Part shown: positions 13,596-27,190 of the stretch, piece by piece | Layout of the letters: every line of letters begins with the position of its first letter | How positions within the stretch are numbered: the stretch's first letter is position 1 | Assembly: GCA_964016885.1 (NCBI GenBank) | Contig: OZ024741.1 | Coordinates: forward strand, 149,792,001 to 149,856,000 | Origin: Eledone cirrhosa | Taxonomy: Eukaryota | Direction: 5' to 3' | Length of the DNA: 64,000 bases | Position numbers and translations under genes: made by a program | The notes under the pieces: generated by a model | Database searches by the model: none | What the model was told of the DNA's origin: nothing | What the model saw: only the letters and a program-made list of their open reading frames with translations

Positions 13596-14539
13596 TAATT
13601 TTCTTTTAATGCACTTTATATATAATATCGTCTTTTTTTAAATGTATCATGGATTACGTTACTGATTACAGAAGACAGTGTAACAGACTTTGTTCAAATT
13701 CTGTGTATATTGTCAATTACGATTTTATTTCATGTATCATATCTACATGCATATATATATTTCTGTATAATATCAATATACACACTACACATGCTAGCAG
13801 AAAACCACCAGTAGGGTGGTTTTTCTGCTAGTATATATAATCTTCCTATCATTTTATGTAAGAATCTTTATTAAATCTTAACATCCTCAAACAATTTAGA
13901 AGAAAATAACTAAAATCAGGTTTGTTAATTCAAGTGTTTATAGTGGACAGATTACAGTGAAAATTTAAAGTAAACTAAATACTTCAATTTTTAACATGAT
14001 GCAGTCTTAGTGCTGTTTTGCACTCTTTGAGAATATCTTGCTAATCCAGTTTCATGCAGTACAGGATGTTATAAATTATGTTATGTTCTAAATACCAATT
14101 CAATAATGACAAAATTACTTGAAAATCATTGGTCTATATTTCTAATGAAAGACACTGAGTTGTTTAGAAAAAAAAAAACAGCTTAATTATTATAGAATTT
14201 TGTTATTTTACAAAGTCCTTCTGCAAGAAACAGATAGGTAGGGAGGGGGAACTGGGAATTTGGCCCTAATACTTGTAACAGAGAGTGGACTGAATATACT
14301 AAGAAATATCTTTCTTGGCAATTTTCTGGGTATTCTGTAGATAAATCAGATGTCTGACAGAATTAACAAGCTTCTTCAGTTGAACTCTCATAAACAGCTA
14401 TTACTATTTTGGAATCTATTACTAGACAAGTTATATTCACCCCGATCACTGAATAATGTAATCAAAGATTTTTCTTGCAGATCACATATGTAGGTTTAGC
14501 TGGCCCTCTGCAAGATTGCATCTCATAGAAAGTTTATTG

Positions 14540-14820
14540 GGTCCTTTAATGACAGGAGCCCTAGCCTTATTATAAAAAGACTGGACATTAGTCTGTTCCA
14601 GGGGCTAACCCCCAACTGTAAGTGGTACTCATAATCAGGGGTTAACCCCTGCAACAGACTGGTATCCAGTATTTTCATAACACTAGAGTATTTTTTTTTT
14701 TTTAAATTCAGCAGGCCTGGAGCAGCCTGAAATAAAGCATCTTGCTCAAGGATGCAATACACTGCCCAGTTTGGGGATTGAACCCACAACCTGTGAATCC
14801 AACACCCTAACCACTAGTTC
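14540..14820 (-). mobile_element. Degraded CORE/V-like tRNA SINE with a local inverted duplication
   Basis: ATCTTGCTCAAGG..GGGATTGAACCC..CTAACCACTAG; inverted pair 14581-14612 / 14638-14669. Confidence 0.65.
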
Positions 14821-16599
14821 AAGATACATTTTATCTTTTTAAAAAGGTGAGAAGATTATCACCAATGAAGACCTGCATGCTGAAAAGGATTCACCAAACC
14901 ATGCTCTATAACCTTCAATGCTCAACAGTAATGGTGGTATCCCCATGTAATATGTAATGGGCAAGTTAAGTTAGCCTTTAAGTAGGAGTATGTGAAGAGA
15001 AATGGTTCAACAAAGAGTTGAATTAGAGCTTGCCTACTGGTAGCTTACCATCACCATCGTGTAATAGTAGTACATTGTAATAAATCAGAAGGGAAGTGAG
15101 GAGCATTGTTAATAAGCAGAGCAAGTACTGTGAAATACTATAAACACAGACTCACGTGATCTTTAAGAAATGCAGAGGCAATGTGTAGAAAGGTAACATA
15201 GTCCATTAGTTTACACATTGAAATATTTTAATACTTGCACTACTTCACTGTCTAAAGTAGTATATAGATGAGAGGTGAAGAGAGAGGGAGATGGAGATTA
15301 ACAAAAACAATCTCTCCCATAACCCTTTGAAGAGTGTATTAAGTTAAAATTTAAAGATGTTTCTTAAAATTGTAACATAAGTAGGTTACTGTTGACCATA
15401 GATTGAAAAGTTTGAAATATTTAACAGAAGTCAGCAGTGCACTGAGAGCCATTTCACCTCTTACTTTATATTTACTGTTGTATTTTCATGGTAAACACTT
15501 TATTTTACAATTATCATACATAATATCGAATCTACAAGATTTTGATATTATTTATTTTGAGAACAATACCTTAACATAAGTATGAGCAGCCGGTTATGGC
15601 TGTTGGAACAGAAAGAGGTGAGAGAATTCTGGCCGGATATGGCCAGTTTAAATGCTAGAGTTAACATATTTGCTAATTTGTCTACCAGGACCGAGAATCA
15701 TGTACTTTATAGAAGGCCCCAACAATCTGTTGTTATAAAAAAAATATACATATTGTTAACTTTAAGTTTGCAGTAACTTTTCACTTTCTAATTGCTGTTA
15801 ACTATTGCTTTCAGTATAAGGATTAAGACAGGGGATAAATTCTATAGATTATTATAAACAAATTTTTATTTAAAAAATAGACCCGATCCCCACCCCGATC
15901 TATTGAAAAATCCTACATTTTCACCAAATAACTTGACTTCTAGACAAGGTTGACCTGAAGTTAAACCAGTCATCAAAATAATTTACACAGTAAAATGACA
16001 GAAATGAAAGTGAGTTTCATGTGAAAACAAAGAAGATCCATGTTTCTGGCAGCATTAACAAACCATTCATTCTCTCTCGCTCCTTACCCCAGCAATAATA
16101 GGACTAAATACCTATAGAGTTTATTAGCTCCAAACTCTGATGACACAAATTTTGATTTAAGAAGACTATATATAAATGTGCTTCATTTCAACAAAGACCA
16201 ATGCTTATGGATATTATTAGAGTAATCCGGATTTAAAAAGGTACAAATTATTAGAGATAAACACAAATCGTATCATAAAGTAAATAATACATGATTAAAA
16301 ATAACACACACACACAAGTTTATAAAATTAACTAGATATTGCTGAAGCCTTTCAACAAACACAATTTCATCCTTCCAATCATGGGCTCTTAACTCCTAAT
16401 GGTGTTATAGGAGCATTTAAACCTGGTAGAGCCTTCAGGTCTGAACACAACCAATTTCCTCTAGAGGAAAATACATTGATACTTATGGTCTTTTATGCTG
16501 AAAAGAGATAAAAACTTAGCCAACAAGTACTCAGTTGAAGTAAGTACTGGTTTTGATATAATCAGTAAAAGAATAAAATAAAGTTTCTTTTTGCAGGTA

Positions 16600-19500
16600 T
16601 TTCATGTTTCTGAGCAAACAATTGATTCTGGATACCACTCCTGGTTCTATGATACAAAGCTGTTATTTTAACCCTTTAGCATTTACATTACTCTATATAT
16701 ACTATTGGATTTTTGTGGTAAAGGTTTTATCTCATCTAATATTGAATCTATGAGATTTTTTAGAATACACATACGAGTGGCCAGTTACAGTCGGTTTGAA
16801 CAGAAAGAGGTGAGAGAATTCTGGCTGGATATGGTCGGTTTAAATGCTAAAGGGTTAAAGTGTTTATACTTATCTAAAAACCTTCCATCATGATTTTATG
16901 TTAAGAACCTTTAAGTTATTTCCAAATACCAACTAAATCCCTCAAAATTCTTCATTATTTTCAAAATGATTTGAAAATAATCGGCAATGTCTTTCATTAG
17001 AAATATTGAAATCAATGGGTTAACTATTTATTAGGAAACTGTCTTACCTATGAACTACCACCAGCATATATCTCTTTGGCATTACAGAAAACAGAGCTAA
17101 GAAGCATATACTGAGCTCATGAAACATTGTTTGCACTCAAAAGTCCTAAAACAGGAATGGAATCTTATGCCATGTTTATTACTGGATGTGGTTGTTTGTA
17201 GTTCTGAATCTACTTCAGTTGTACACATATTCCTTATTCTGCACCTTGTGGTTTTACAGTCGAGGGTATATATATCATGTGTAACAGTTGCAACTCGTGT
17301 TATGCTGTAGCCTTGGTGATAACATAACTAGTTTTCCCCTCTTCAGAAATGGCAAACTAAGACAAAGACAGGGTTGCTCAGTCATCAGAAAAATGTTGTT
17401 TTGCAAACATTTTAAAAATGAATTTATTAACTTGCTACATAACTCTTTTGAGACTGCTTCTTGTTTACATCTAGTTTTTAAATTTTCTTATTTAAATGAA
17501 AACCTTCCATCATACTTTTTATGAAGTTGTTCCAAACACCAGGTTAAGAAAGTAATCTACTTAAACCCTTCAAATTTTTTATTATAATTTTCAAAATTGA
17601 TTGAAATGCAAGAACAGTGCATTTCATAAGAAATATCTGTCATATTTATAAAAGTAAGCAGGGAGAGAAGGGTACATTTTTACATGTCTTTCTATAGTAT
17701 TACAGATGCTGGAGGGTTTCAGTACTGTATTAGTTTTCCATAAGAGGTTGTTAGTTCCATAACACAACCCATACGCCATTTCTGGAGAAACAGGAGGCTG
17801 TGATGGTCCCCGAGGATCCTTTTCACAATACAGCATAGCTGAGACATATCGCATAGATTTCTTGTTTAATGATAGGGGTCCCAGTCATATCATGAAAAGA
17901 CTTCCTCCTGGGCTGGTCGCCGTTGCCAATTTATCACAGGGATTAGTAACCCCAAGCTACAGTTGGTACTCATTTTTTTAAAAGCTGCTGGCCTAAAACA
18001 AGACTAATTATAGAACTTAAGATTCTGCAGGTATATTTTATATTAGTAGTATTTAATCCTTTTGATACAAAACCACTTGAAACTACCCCTATTCCTATAA
18101 TACACAACTGTATATCTTAAAGTGCTTATATTTATCTAAAAACCTTCAATAATGATTCTGTGTAAGGACCATTTGAAAATCATAATCAGTGACTTTAAAA
18201 ATATGGTAACAAAGGTTAAGAAATGTCCATATAAGATTAAACAATATTTAGATCTAGTGAAGAAACCTCTATGTAAAAGTTACATAAAGTAATGAAGTTT
18301 ATATCTCCCTACTATACCAGTGGACATGAAGGACCTTTAACAAACATGTCCACAATAAAGCTACGATTAGTAAATGAGGTTCAACTTTCATCATTATCAG
18401 TTAATAGCTCTCAACAAATCGAGACATGTGGCTTGATGGTTAAACTGTTGGGACCATGATCATAAAGCCCATGGGTTTGGTTTCTGGACTGGGCAAGCAT
18501 GTTGTGTTCTTGAGCAAGGTACTTCATTTCACATTGCTTTTTGTAATAAGACTGGGGATCCTACAGTGAAAACACTAAAGAAACATGAAATGCAACTTGT
18601 TATGAGTTATAAATTTCATTTTCACTTCAACAAGTAAACCTATTTGTCAAAGATGTTCCATAGTGTATGTAGAACTACATCATACAATGTGGTGTTCTGT
18701 TTTAAGATAATACGATTTGAATTGAGGAAGATCTCTTAGCCACACAAAGGTTCTCCTGATTGTTGATTATAATGGTAAATAATTATTTACCATAGTTATA
18801 AGAAGTTGTAATGTAGCACATAAAGTTCGACAGTAGGTACCTTTCATCTCTTTCTAAATCCAAATACCCACTGAAGTTAACTTTAAGACTTCTGGTTACT
18901 ATATGTCTAATAAAATACACTGCTTGTTATTTTCAAAAGATTTTTGAAAATAGTCAAGAAACTTGAGAGATTTAGCAATATAACTAGCTTTCTCATTATT
19001 AATCAGGTGTTTGGAACATATCTTTAAAAAGCTCTTACATACTGTCATGATGGAAGGAGTTTAGATAACTACGAAGGCTTTTAAATAGCTTAGTATCGTA
19101 GAACCTAGAGACGGCTTGGTATCAAAAAAGTTAAAATAAATACCAGTCATGTATTAGGGTCAATTCCACAATCTTAACCCTTGTAACATTATAACTTATT
19201 TTAGATCTGCTCTGAGCAAGGATCAATTACTATTTGTAAATAGTTCACATGTATATATCATGTTAAATAGAACTTGAAAAGACCTGAGGTTCACAGAGAA
19301 CAAACTCTTCAATAGCCCACTTGTGTGCCACAACACATCCATTGATCTTACAGTAAAAAGTATGGCAGTGCATGTTCTACCATGATTGGAGAAGCAATGC
19401 ATGTTCTACCATGATTGGAGAAGAATATTACAAGTGAAGTGACAAGTAACAAAAGAGTGAGAGGAAGGACTATTCCAATATACATGTGGTGAAAACTGGA

Positions 19501-20022
19501 CCAAACACAGTGCCAAAGGATGAATTGGTTAGTTGAAAATATCAACAATAAAAGCTGAGAGTATGCAGATGTTCAATCACTTCAAGTCAAAATTTACATT
19601 ATCATAAAGATTAACCCAAAATAACGTATGTGTAAAATAAATCTCTATTTCTTTTGGTGACCAATTGCCGTGTTCTCAGCAACACAACTGAACCTACTGT
19701 GATCAATGAATGCAAGGCAGTCTATTCAACACTGAACTAGCTCAGCCTCCTCCCTGCTGCATCCCCTCTCCCTTTTTGCATTCAGTTGGACAGCAACAGT
19801 TTGCACATTGATACCCGCCCCCCCCGAGACTCAGCCTCCAGATCGGTGACCCTCACAAATGTCACTGTGGATTTTTTCAGCCTCCACCCTTTGCCATGCC
19901 ATTGTTAATAAGGAAAGTTGGTTATTTTACTAAATCATTCCAAATTTTTGATTATTTAGAAAAAAATTTTGAAATAAATAATCACTGTATTTCATCAGAA
20001 ATATGGTAATGAAAAGATTAAG
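16600..20022. repeat. Cluster of degraded copies of a second TTAA-flanked non-autonomous element
   Basis: Shared AAAACCTTCCATCAT, CCAAACACC, TTTTCAAAA.TGATTGAAA and AATATGGTAACAAAG(G)GTTAA blocks at about 16600-17033, 17430-17640, 18054-18219, 18930-19135 (reverse), 19910-20022. Confidence 0.65.
16672..16854. mobile_element. piggyBac-type MITE
   Basis: TIRs CCCTTTAGCATTTA / TAAATGCTAAAGGG flanked by TTAA (16668-16671, 16855-16858); a partial copy ends at about 15664. Confidence 0.85.
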
Positions 20023-21494
20023 GCAGATTATTCTAAACTGTGCATTGTAACTTTTAGTGTAATTTAAAGATCTGACGATTCTGTGCACACTTACCTGATT
20101 AGTGATGTGATATCATAATTGTATTGTGTTTTTTTAATTATTTTATCTGGCTCACAAAATCTAATTCATAAGCCATGAAAAATCATATTTTTAAACAGTG
20201 TGCCTCTTTATTGTATAGTAATAATAATTGTAGCTGTGTGTTGCAGTTGATCCACTAGATCAAATACAGCAGTTTAAGAGTCACAAACAATAATAAAAGT
20301 GGGGGTTTGTTAAACAGAAAGTGGAAATGCCACACACTCTCTAACAACAAACTTTTTACAGATAAAGCTGAGACAGTTAAAACTACAACTTCACAAGTCT
20401 GTAAATGGCTATTTATTCATCTCACTAGGAATATTTTTGTAAGTTGCAATTTGTATGAATTTTAACACTTAGTTACTCAAATAAAAACACTAACTGTGGC
20501 TTTGATGGCCCAACAGCCAATCCTATTATTTCATCAGGTGACAAGTAGATGATTTATTCATTTTCACAACACAACCCACTGTAATTTCGTGAGAAACAAT
20601 TTGACAACACACTGAATAAGAAGTGAGTTTTTAAAATTATAAATAAAAACTTCAGACACTGAAACATATTAAGTAAACAAAGACAAAGAACATTTCATTT
20701 TAATCTAGAATTCAAACCGGTGCCTCCCAAACTTATGTTGTCATGGAACCTTATACAATTTCCCCCAAAATCATGGAACATATATACTTAACAATCCCCA
20801 TCACCCTAACTTTAATAGAGTATTAAATGAAATAAAATCCTAAGGAGAGAATTTATTCATATAAAAATAAATTCTTTTTACTAAATTTTATCAAGACACC
20901 TATCTCACGGAATCCACTAGACTTATCCCATGGAGAGAGGAGGGGAGGGGGGCCTAGCATAATCAAAGACGAATGAATGAAACCTGAAAGGGACTGAAAC
21001 AATAAACCAAATGTTTCTCACAAGTAAGAAATATAGTTTTTATCTTTAATGTTTAAATGTTGTCATGCCTATGGAATATCTGACATTTTCACAAAGGTGA
21101 GAATACAGTGTTTATTGTATGTAGGTATTAAGTGGCTGACACTTGTTATCACTCACCTACATAGCTAATTACACCAAGGAAACTATTAACACCACACACC
21201 CACCTATATTCATTCCACATAAAAAGTTTCTACCAATAGAAAAATTATTCTACCACAGCCCCACATTTATCAATCAGTTTTGTAAAACCCTACAGTTGGT
21301 GAATATATATAATATATACACACGCAGATATATAGCAGCAAGCATTTCAATGTTATTTTCCTCTATTAAAACAAAATTGTGGGTCTTAGAGAGGCTTCAT
21401 GTTCATCAAGGGAGGACTTTTTGAAGCAATCTTTTGTTTTCTAGTTCCAAACCCTTTTTAGTCGCCCATTGCTACACAGTGCATTTATTCTACA

Positions 21495-21716
<222 letters not shown>

Positions 21717-22529
21717 GGGTGATGGTAAGTAAATAGAGCAATCGTATTGATTACATTAAAATGACAGCAGGTGGTGCTTCTGAAAAGTACATATGTGAGT
21801 TAGGAACATCATGTTTAAAGAAATAAAAGAAATATGGACGTTTAGTTTTCGCACGTTCATGCAACTGTATAGGGGACAAAAAGAAATACACATTTATATA
21901 AATAAAATATTTCCTATAATTGTGTTTCAGATTAACTCATGGTGATGATTTCGAATCTCCCTCAAACCACAGAAAAACAACATTGAATATTGTAGAAAAA
22001 ACAACATTGAATATTTTAGTACAGAGAGAGGATGATTACATTTGATAATAAACATTGAACGATCAAGACTTAATTGTAGCTAAAAACAATTTTATATATA
22101 TATATATTTATATTATATATAAACACACACAGTATATGAGTCCTTAATTCAGTACATTCATCGCACAAATCCATAAAACAAGCATGTGTGTGTGTGATGC
22201 AAGGAGTGGTAAAGTGGAAAGAGAGAGGAAGACAAGGTGAATACTCTTCCAGAAGACAGACAGCAACCATAGGTTTGGCATCATCAATGAGAGAAAGAAG
22301 AAAGCAGGAAGAACAGATAAAGACAAGCGAAATCAATAAATTGAAGTTAGTAGTTTTCTTTCGCAGCTAACAAATCTCCCGCCTCTCAAGATACAATACC
22401 AAAGAATTACGTAATGTAATATATATATATATATATAAATCTCAAAAGTTGGAAGAAAAGGAATACACATTATATATATATACACCATGACTTTAGTCTA
22501 ATGACTGAAAACAACAAAAGAATATATAT

Positions 22530-22670
22530 ATTAAAATAACAGATTAAAGAGTAAGCAAAGAATCGCTGTTATTTTAATAAATATTTGCTCTACGGTTCTT
22601 ATATATATATATTTATCCTTATCGAGCCCTCTTTGGATTTTAGTCTTCAAATTTATTATTTTTACTATAT
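22530..22670 (+). mobile_element. Penelope-like 3' fragment with a short inverted 5' piece; direct copy at 24381-24500
   Basis: CTGTTATTTTAATAAATATTTGCTCTACGG..GAGCCCTCTTTGGATTTTAGTCTTCAAA occurs twice; 22531-22563 is antisense to the same family as 1002-1035. Confidence 0.55.
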
Positions 22671-22793
22671 ATATATTGAGTTTGAATTATTTTTTCCACA
22701 TCTTACGTTAACTATTTTCCCATTTTGACGCTATAGTCACTTATATATTATGGAATACTGTTGGCTTCATGCTACAATACTTTCTATACCTTT

Positions 22794-22824
<31 letters not shown>

Positions 22825-25187
22825 GCTTCTACTTTTGGCACAAGGCAAGCAATTACCACAGTGCTTTACTGGTGATTTTTTTTTTTTCGACCACGCAAGG
22901 ATGAAAGACAAAGTTAACCTCGGCGGGATTTGAACCCAGTATATAATGTAAGTACGTTTGGATTTGCAAACTCATGGAAAAAGTTCTCAATGCTAAAGTA
23001 GAGATTATTGTTTATTTTTACATTACTAAGATTACTGTGTTGCGATTACTCGCTAATAACGCATCTCAGTACCAGAGAATAATTCATAATATATATATAC
23101 ATATATACACATACACCTGCATACGAGGAAAAGCGGGAACAAGTAATGACGATGCAAAACCAGTGCGTATGTGAGTGTGCAATATAAAATGAGGCGTTTA
23201 GTCATCTTAATATGAATATTGGGAAAACATTTTAACGATTTATCTCCCACGCAAGTCATTTTTTTCAAATTTATTATTATTGCGAGATGGATTATAGAAT
23301 GGAAAGAAGAAAAAAGAATTATATATATATATATATAACACATTATTTATGGGAAATGGAAGGTTAAATACCTTACGCTGAGCAGCGGTTGGTTTCATCC
23401 CGCGCCGGGACTAGTTTGACTGACTAAACCACGAAAAACGTATTGAGCTCTCTTTCTTTCTAAGAAAGTAGCAGTATGTAGTACACTAACTACCTAAAAA
23501 AGGTTGATGCCGGATAGACCATTCGACCGTAACAACACATGCCGGCGTGGAAAAGCATTTTTAATAATCACGCGGGCCTCTGTGTGTGTGTGAGTATATA
23601 TAATGTGTGCGTATAAAAATATAACGAAGGTTAATCTATCAACTAATCAATATCTACAAGAAACGAGAGCGAGTGTTGCAAGCGGAAAGATATGTCAACC
23701 ATACCAACAAATGAACAGCTTGTGATGACGTGAGAAACATTAGCTACTGTGATGCAGGAACCGAGAGAAAGGTTATCTTTATTTATTTTGTCATTAGATG
23801 TATGAATAATGATATCGTGTGAGTAAGAGAGAGAACAGAGAAATTCCAACATCTCCCAAGTAACTACTTATTCCCACATCCGACCATAAGCCATGTATGT
23901 ATATATACATACATATGAAATTGCAACAACGCACAAAACTATAATAATAGTTAATAAATCGGGTAACGTACCTCTGGAGAAAAGGAAATGTGGACAAGGG
24001 TGCTTTGCCTGATTTATTCAATTATGATTTAAAGTTATCAACTATAATTATAATTATCTGCATTGGGGCGACTATATTTTCCAATACTTTGTAACTCAAC
24101 CAAGTCTTAATATATATACACACATACATACATACGGGACTTTCAGGTGATGCAAGAAGTCATTGCTGACCAGGACTTTAAGGATCATCGAAACCATGCA
24201 TCACATGATACTCCTACACCCGCCACCGTGACGATATGTGTGTGTCGACCGTTAGATTAGATCGTATTTCCATTGGTCTTTCTATTGCTGATAGTATCTG
24301 GCGCTCGCAACTCTTGACAGTAGAACTCAGAACGCACAGAGCCGGAGCAAATACCGCAAGTCCTGTATGTATATATATATAACTTTAATCTGTTATTTTA
24401 ATAAATATTTGCTCTACGGTTCTTATATATTTGATATATATATATCCTTATCGAGCCCTCTTTGGATTTTAGTCTTCAAATTTATTATTATTACTATATA
24501 GTAGTAATAGGGAGCTAAAAAAAAATCCAAGGTATAGGCCAACTAAAATCCGTAGGGCGAGTTTGAATATAATTATTACAGCCAGTTACTACAAAGGCGC
24601 CATACCAGGTACGTACGTTTCGTTGGTCCTGAGAACCAACTTGTTCAACCTATGCCGATGAAAATGAACCGGAAAGGGGCAAAAAAGAAGAAAAGGAAGA
24701 GAGGAGTCAAACCATATAAATATGAAATTGTAGCCATCCCAAAATAAATGACTAATAATTGTTTCTACTTTTGGCACAAGGCCAGCAATTACCCAGTGTA
24801 TTACTGGTACTTTATTTTATCAACCCCGTAAGGGTGAAAGGTAAAGTTAACCTCGGCGGGATTAATAATAGTGGATCACTATAAATAGTTGAGAAAATCG
24901 GATAAGGTACCCCTGTTTGGCGGAAAGCGATTCTAAGGGTACTCTACCCGACATCCTCAACTATTATTACGGTTATTTTGAGACAGCTGCATTTCAAATT
25001 TTCCAAAAGGTTACTTATGTCAACCATAAAGTATCATTTTAAACGTTTCGCTGCAACCCAACATACAAGATTACGAAGTGTTTGATAACAGAAAATTGCG
25101 AGCGTAAAACATTCAAAAGTTTTTGGGTATTGCTTATATATATATTATAAAAGCCTACAAATCTCGCTCTCCATTACACACACACAT

Positions 25188-25220
<33 letters not shown>

Positions 25221-26091
25221 TGTGTTCAATACATGCCAGCATGAAAAGCTGATGTAAAGTGATTTTATATACGAGTTAAAAGGATAACATGAAGAACAAT
25301 GACAAAGGTCTTCGTTTCTTCATGCTTTAGAGGAGGAAAAAGAATGCATCGGCGTATGCACGTATGTACGTGTCACCTAAATATCGCACGTAGAGAAAAG
25401 AAAGCGCAACGATAGTGAATCATCAGTTTTGGATATAATATATAGACGTTAACCTCAAGATAATTGCTAACAACCCCCGACTGTGGCAGGAGAATAACGA
25501 TTAACAAGATCTTTGTGAGTTTCAGTTAAGGGAAGCGCGAAAACCATCAAATTATATTTGTATCGTTTTCAAGAAAGAATGAACAGATTAGGTAATGTAA
25601 TTATTAATAGATCGTGATTGTAAAAAAAATAATTTAAAAAGAGATGATCACACCTGGAACGTTTTCAGTCTTTGTCTGCCTGATCAGGGCTGACCTGGAG
25701 TTAAATAATAACTGATACAGAGAGGCCGATGGTATTTAGTTGATGAAAATGTCTGGGAGTTAACCTATATTGTGGTGAAGGAATTTATTCATGCAGCCCC
25801 ATCCTAATAGGAATACGCGGCGGGAGAGGGGTTTTATGGGTATCACTTTGTGATAGGTATAGTTGTGGTAAGAAGGGGTCTAATAGGACATTTCTTAATC
25901 CTTTCATACTGCTTGTGATTGATTTTCAAATCAATTTGAAAATGGGGGGGGGGTATACATTTTACAGGAGTCGAAACTACCAAACTCCACCTCAACAGCC
26001 GATGACCCCTGGAATTCTGTCCTTCGTATGTATTTTTCTTTAATAATTTTTCAAGGTCTCCCCTTCGTTGTCTTGTCCTCTCTTTGTTTAT

Positions 26092-26133
<42 letters not shown>

Positions 26134-27158
26134 ACTCGTTATTACGCTGGCGTTTGGAATATAACTTAATCGTTCCTACATGAAATTATGATGGAGGGTC
26201 TTTCGATAAATATCGTAGAATGAAGTGTGGTTTGGTAACAAAGAAGTATAAATCACAAATAAACAGGAACACTATTGCTTGGCACCGCGCAGACGTTGCC
26301 TGTCACTACAGCCACTTCAGGAGAGAAAGAAAAGCAAAGAATGTTTATGGCTAATTTACCATTAAAATGAAACCACATTGACAAAAATGAATTGAAAGAG
26401 TGAAAAATTGTCTTTGGTGACGCAATAGAGCTAATAAAAAATCATCACATTGTTTAATAATGGGGTGGGTGGGACTGTATTCTGCAACGATTTAAAGAAG
26501 TTGATTTAAACAAAGGAGAGCATAATCCAAAATGGAACATCTATCCTTACCACATGCATACATGAATATTTGGAGGAAGTATTGTGAAAATCATAAGAAG
26601 CCTTAAAGGGTTGTCGAAGAAATACGAACTATGGTGGTTACAGTGATGATGGTTGTGTGAAGGTGAAGAATTGTATGAAATGAATGCCCAAATTCCTGTA
26701 TTTTATAACCGTTTCGAAAAAATACGTAAGAAACAATGAAATCAACAGAGAGGATGGGGGTGTGTTACTACACAGGTTGATAACATAAAAAGAGAAGGCC
26801 GTCAGAGAACAAGAAGAAAACAGTGTACAGAGGAAGACGAATATAGATAGAAATAGCTTTGGATTAACATATGTAGGGAGAGAGAGAGGAGGGAAATGGA
26901 GATATAGAAAGTGTAAAAGGATGAGGTGTGAAATAGAGGAGGGGAAAGAGCAGTATGAGAGAGGGGCACAGGAAGGAAGAGAGTATGAGGAGCGGTGACA
27001 GCAATGTTTGACGTAGCTGGTTTGTTGGCAGGTTTTACTAACGAGCGAGGTCATTATAGTGTGTCGTTGGTTGCTTGCCTCCGCCCACCACATCACTAAC
27101 TACTACCATCACCAGCCAAGAGTATACGGCAATAACAACGAAGAGACCACCCTTTCTA

Positions 27159-27190
<32 letters not shown>

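Noticed and set aside
19370-19423. 29-bp tandem duplication (similar small one at 21971-22015)
   Set aside because: Ordinary slippage duplications
21942-22040. C-box GTGATGA (also 49684, 49765) as snoRNA
   Set aside because: No properly placed CTGA D-box with terminal stem
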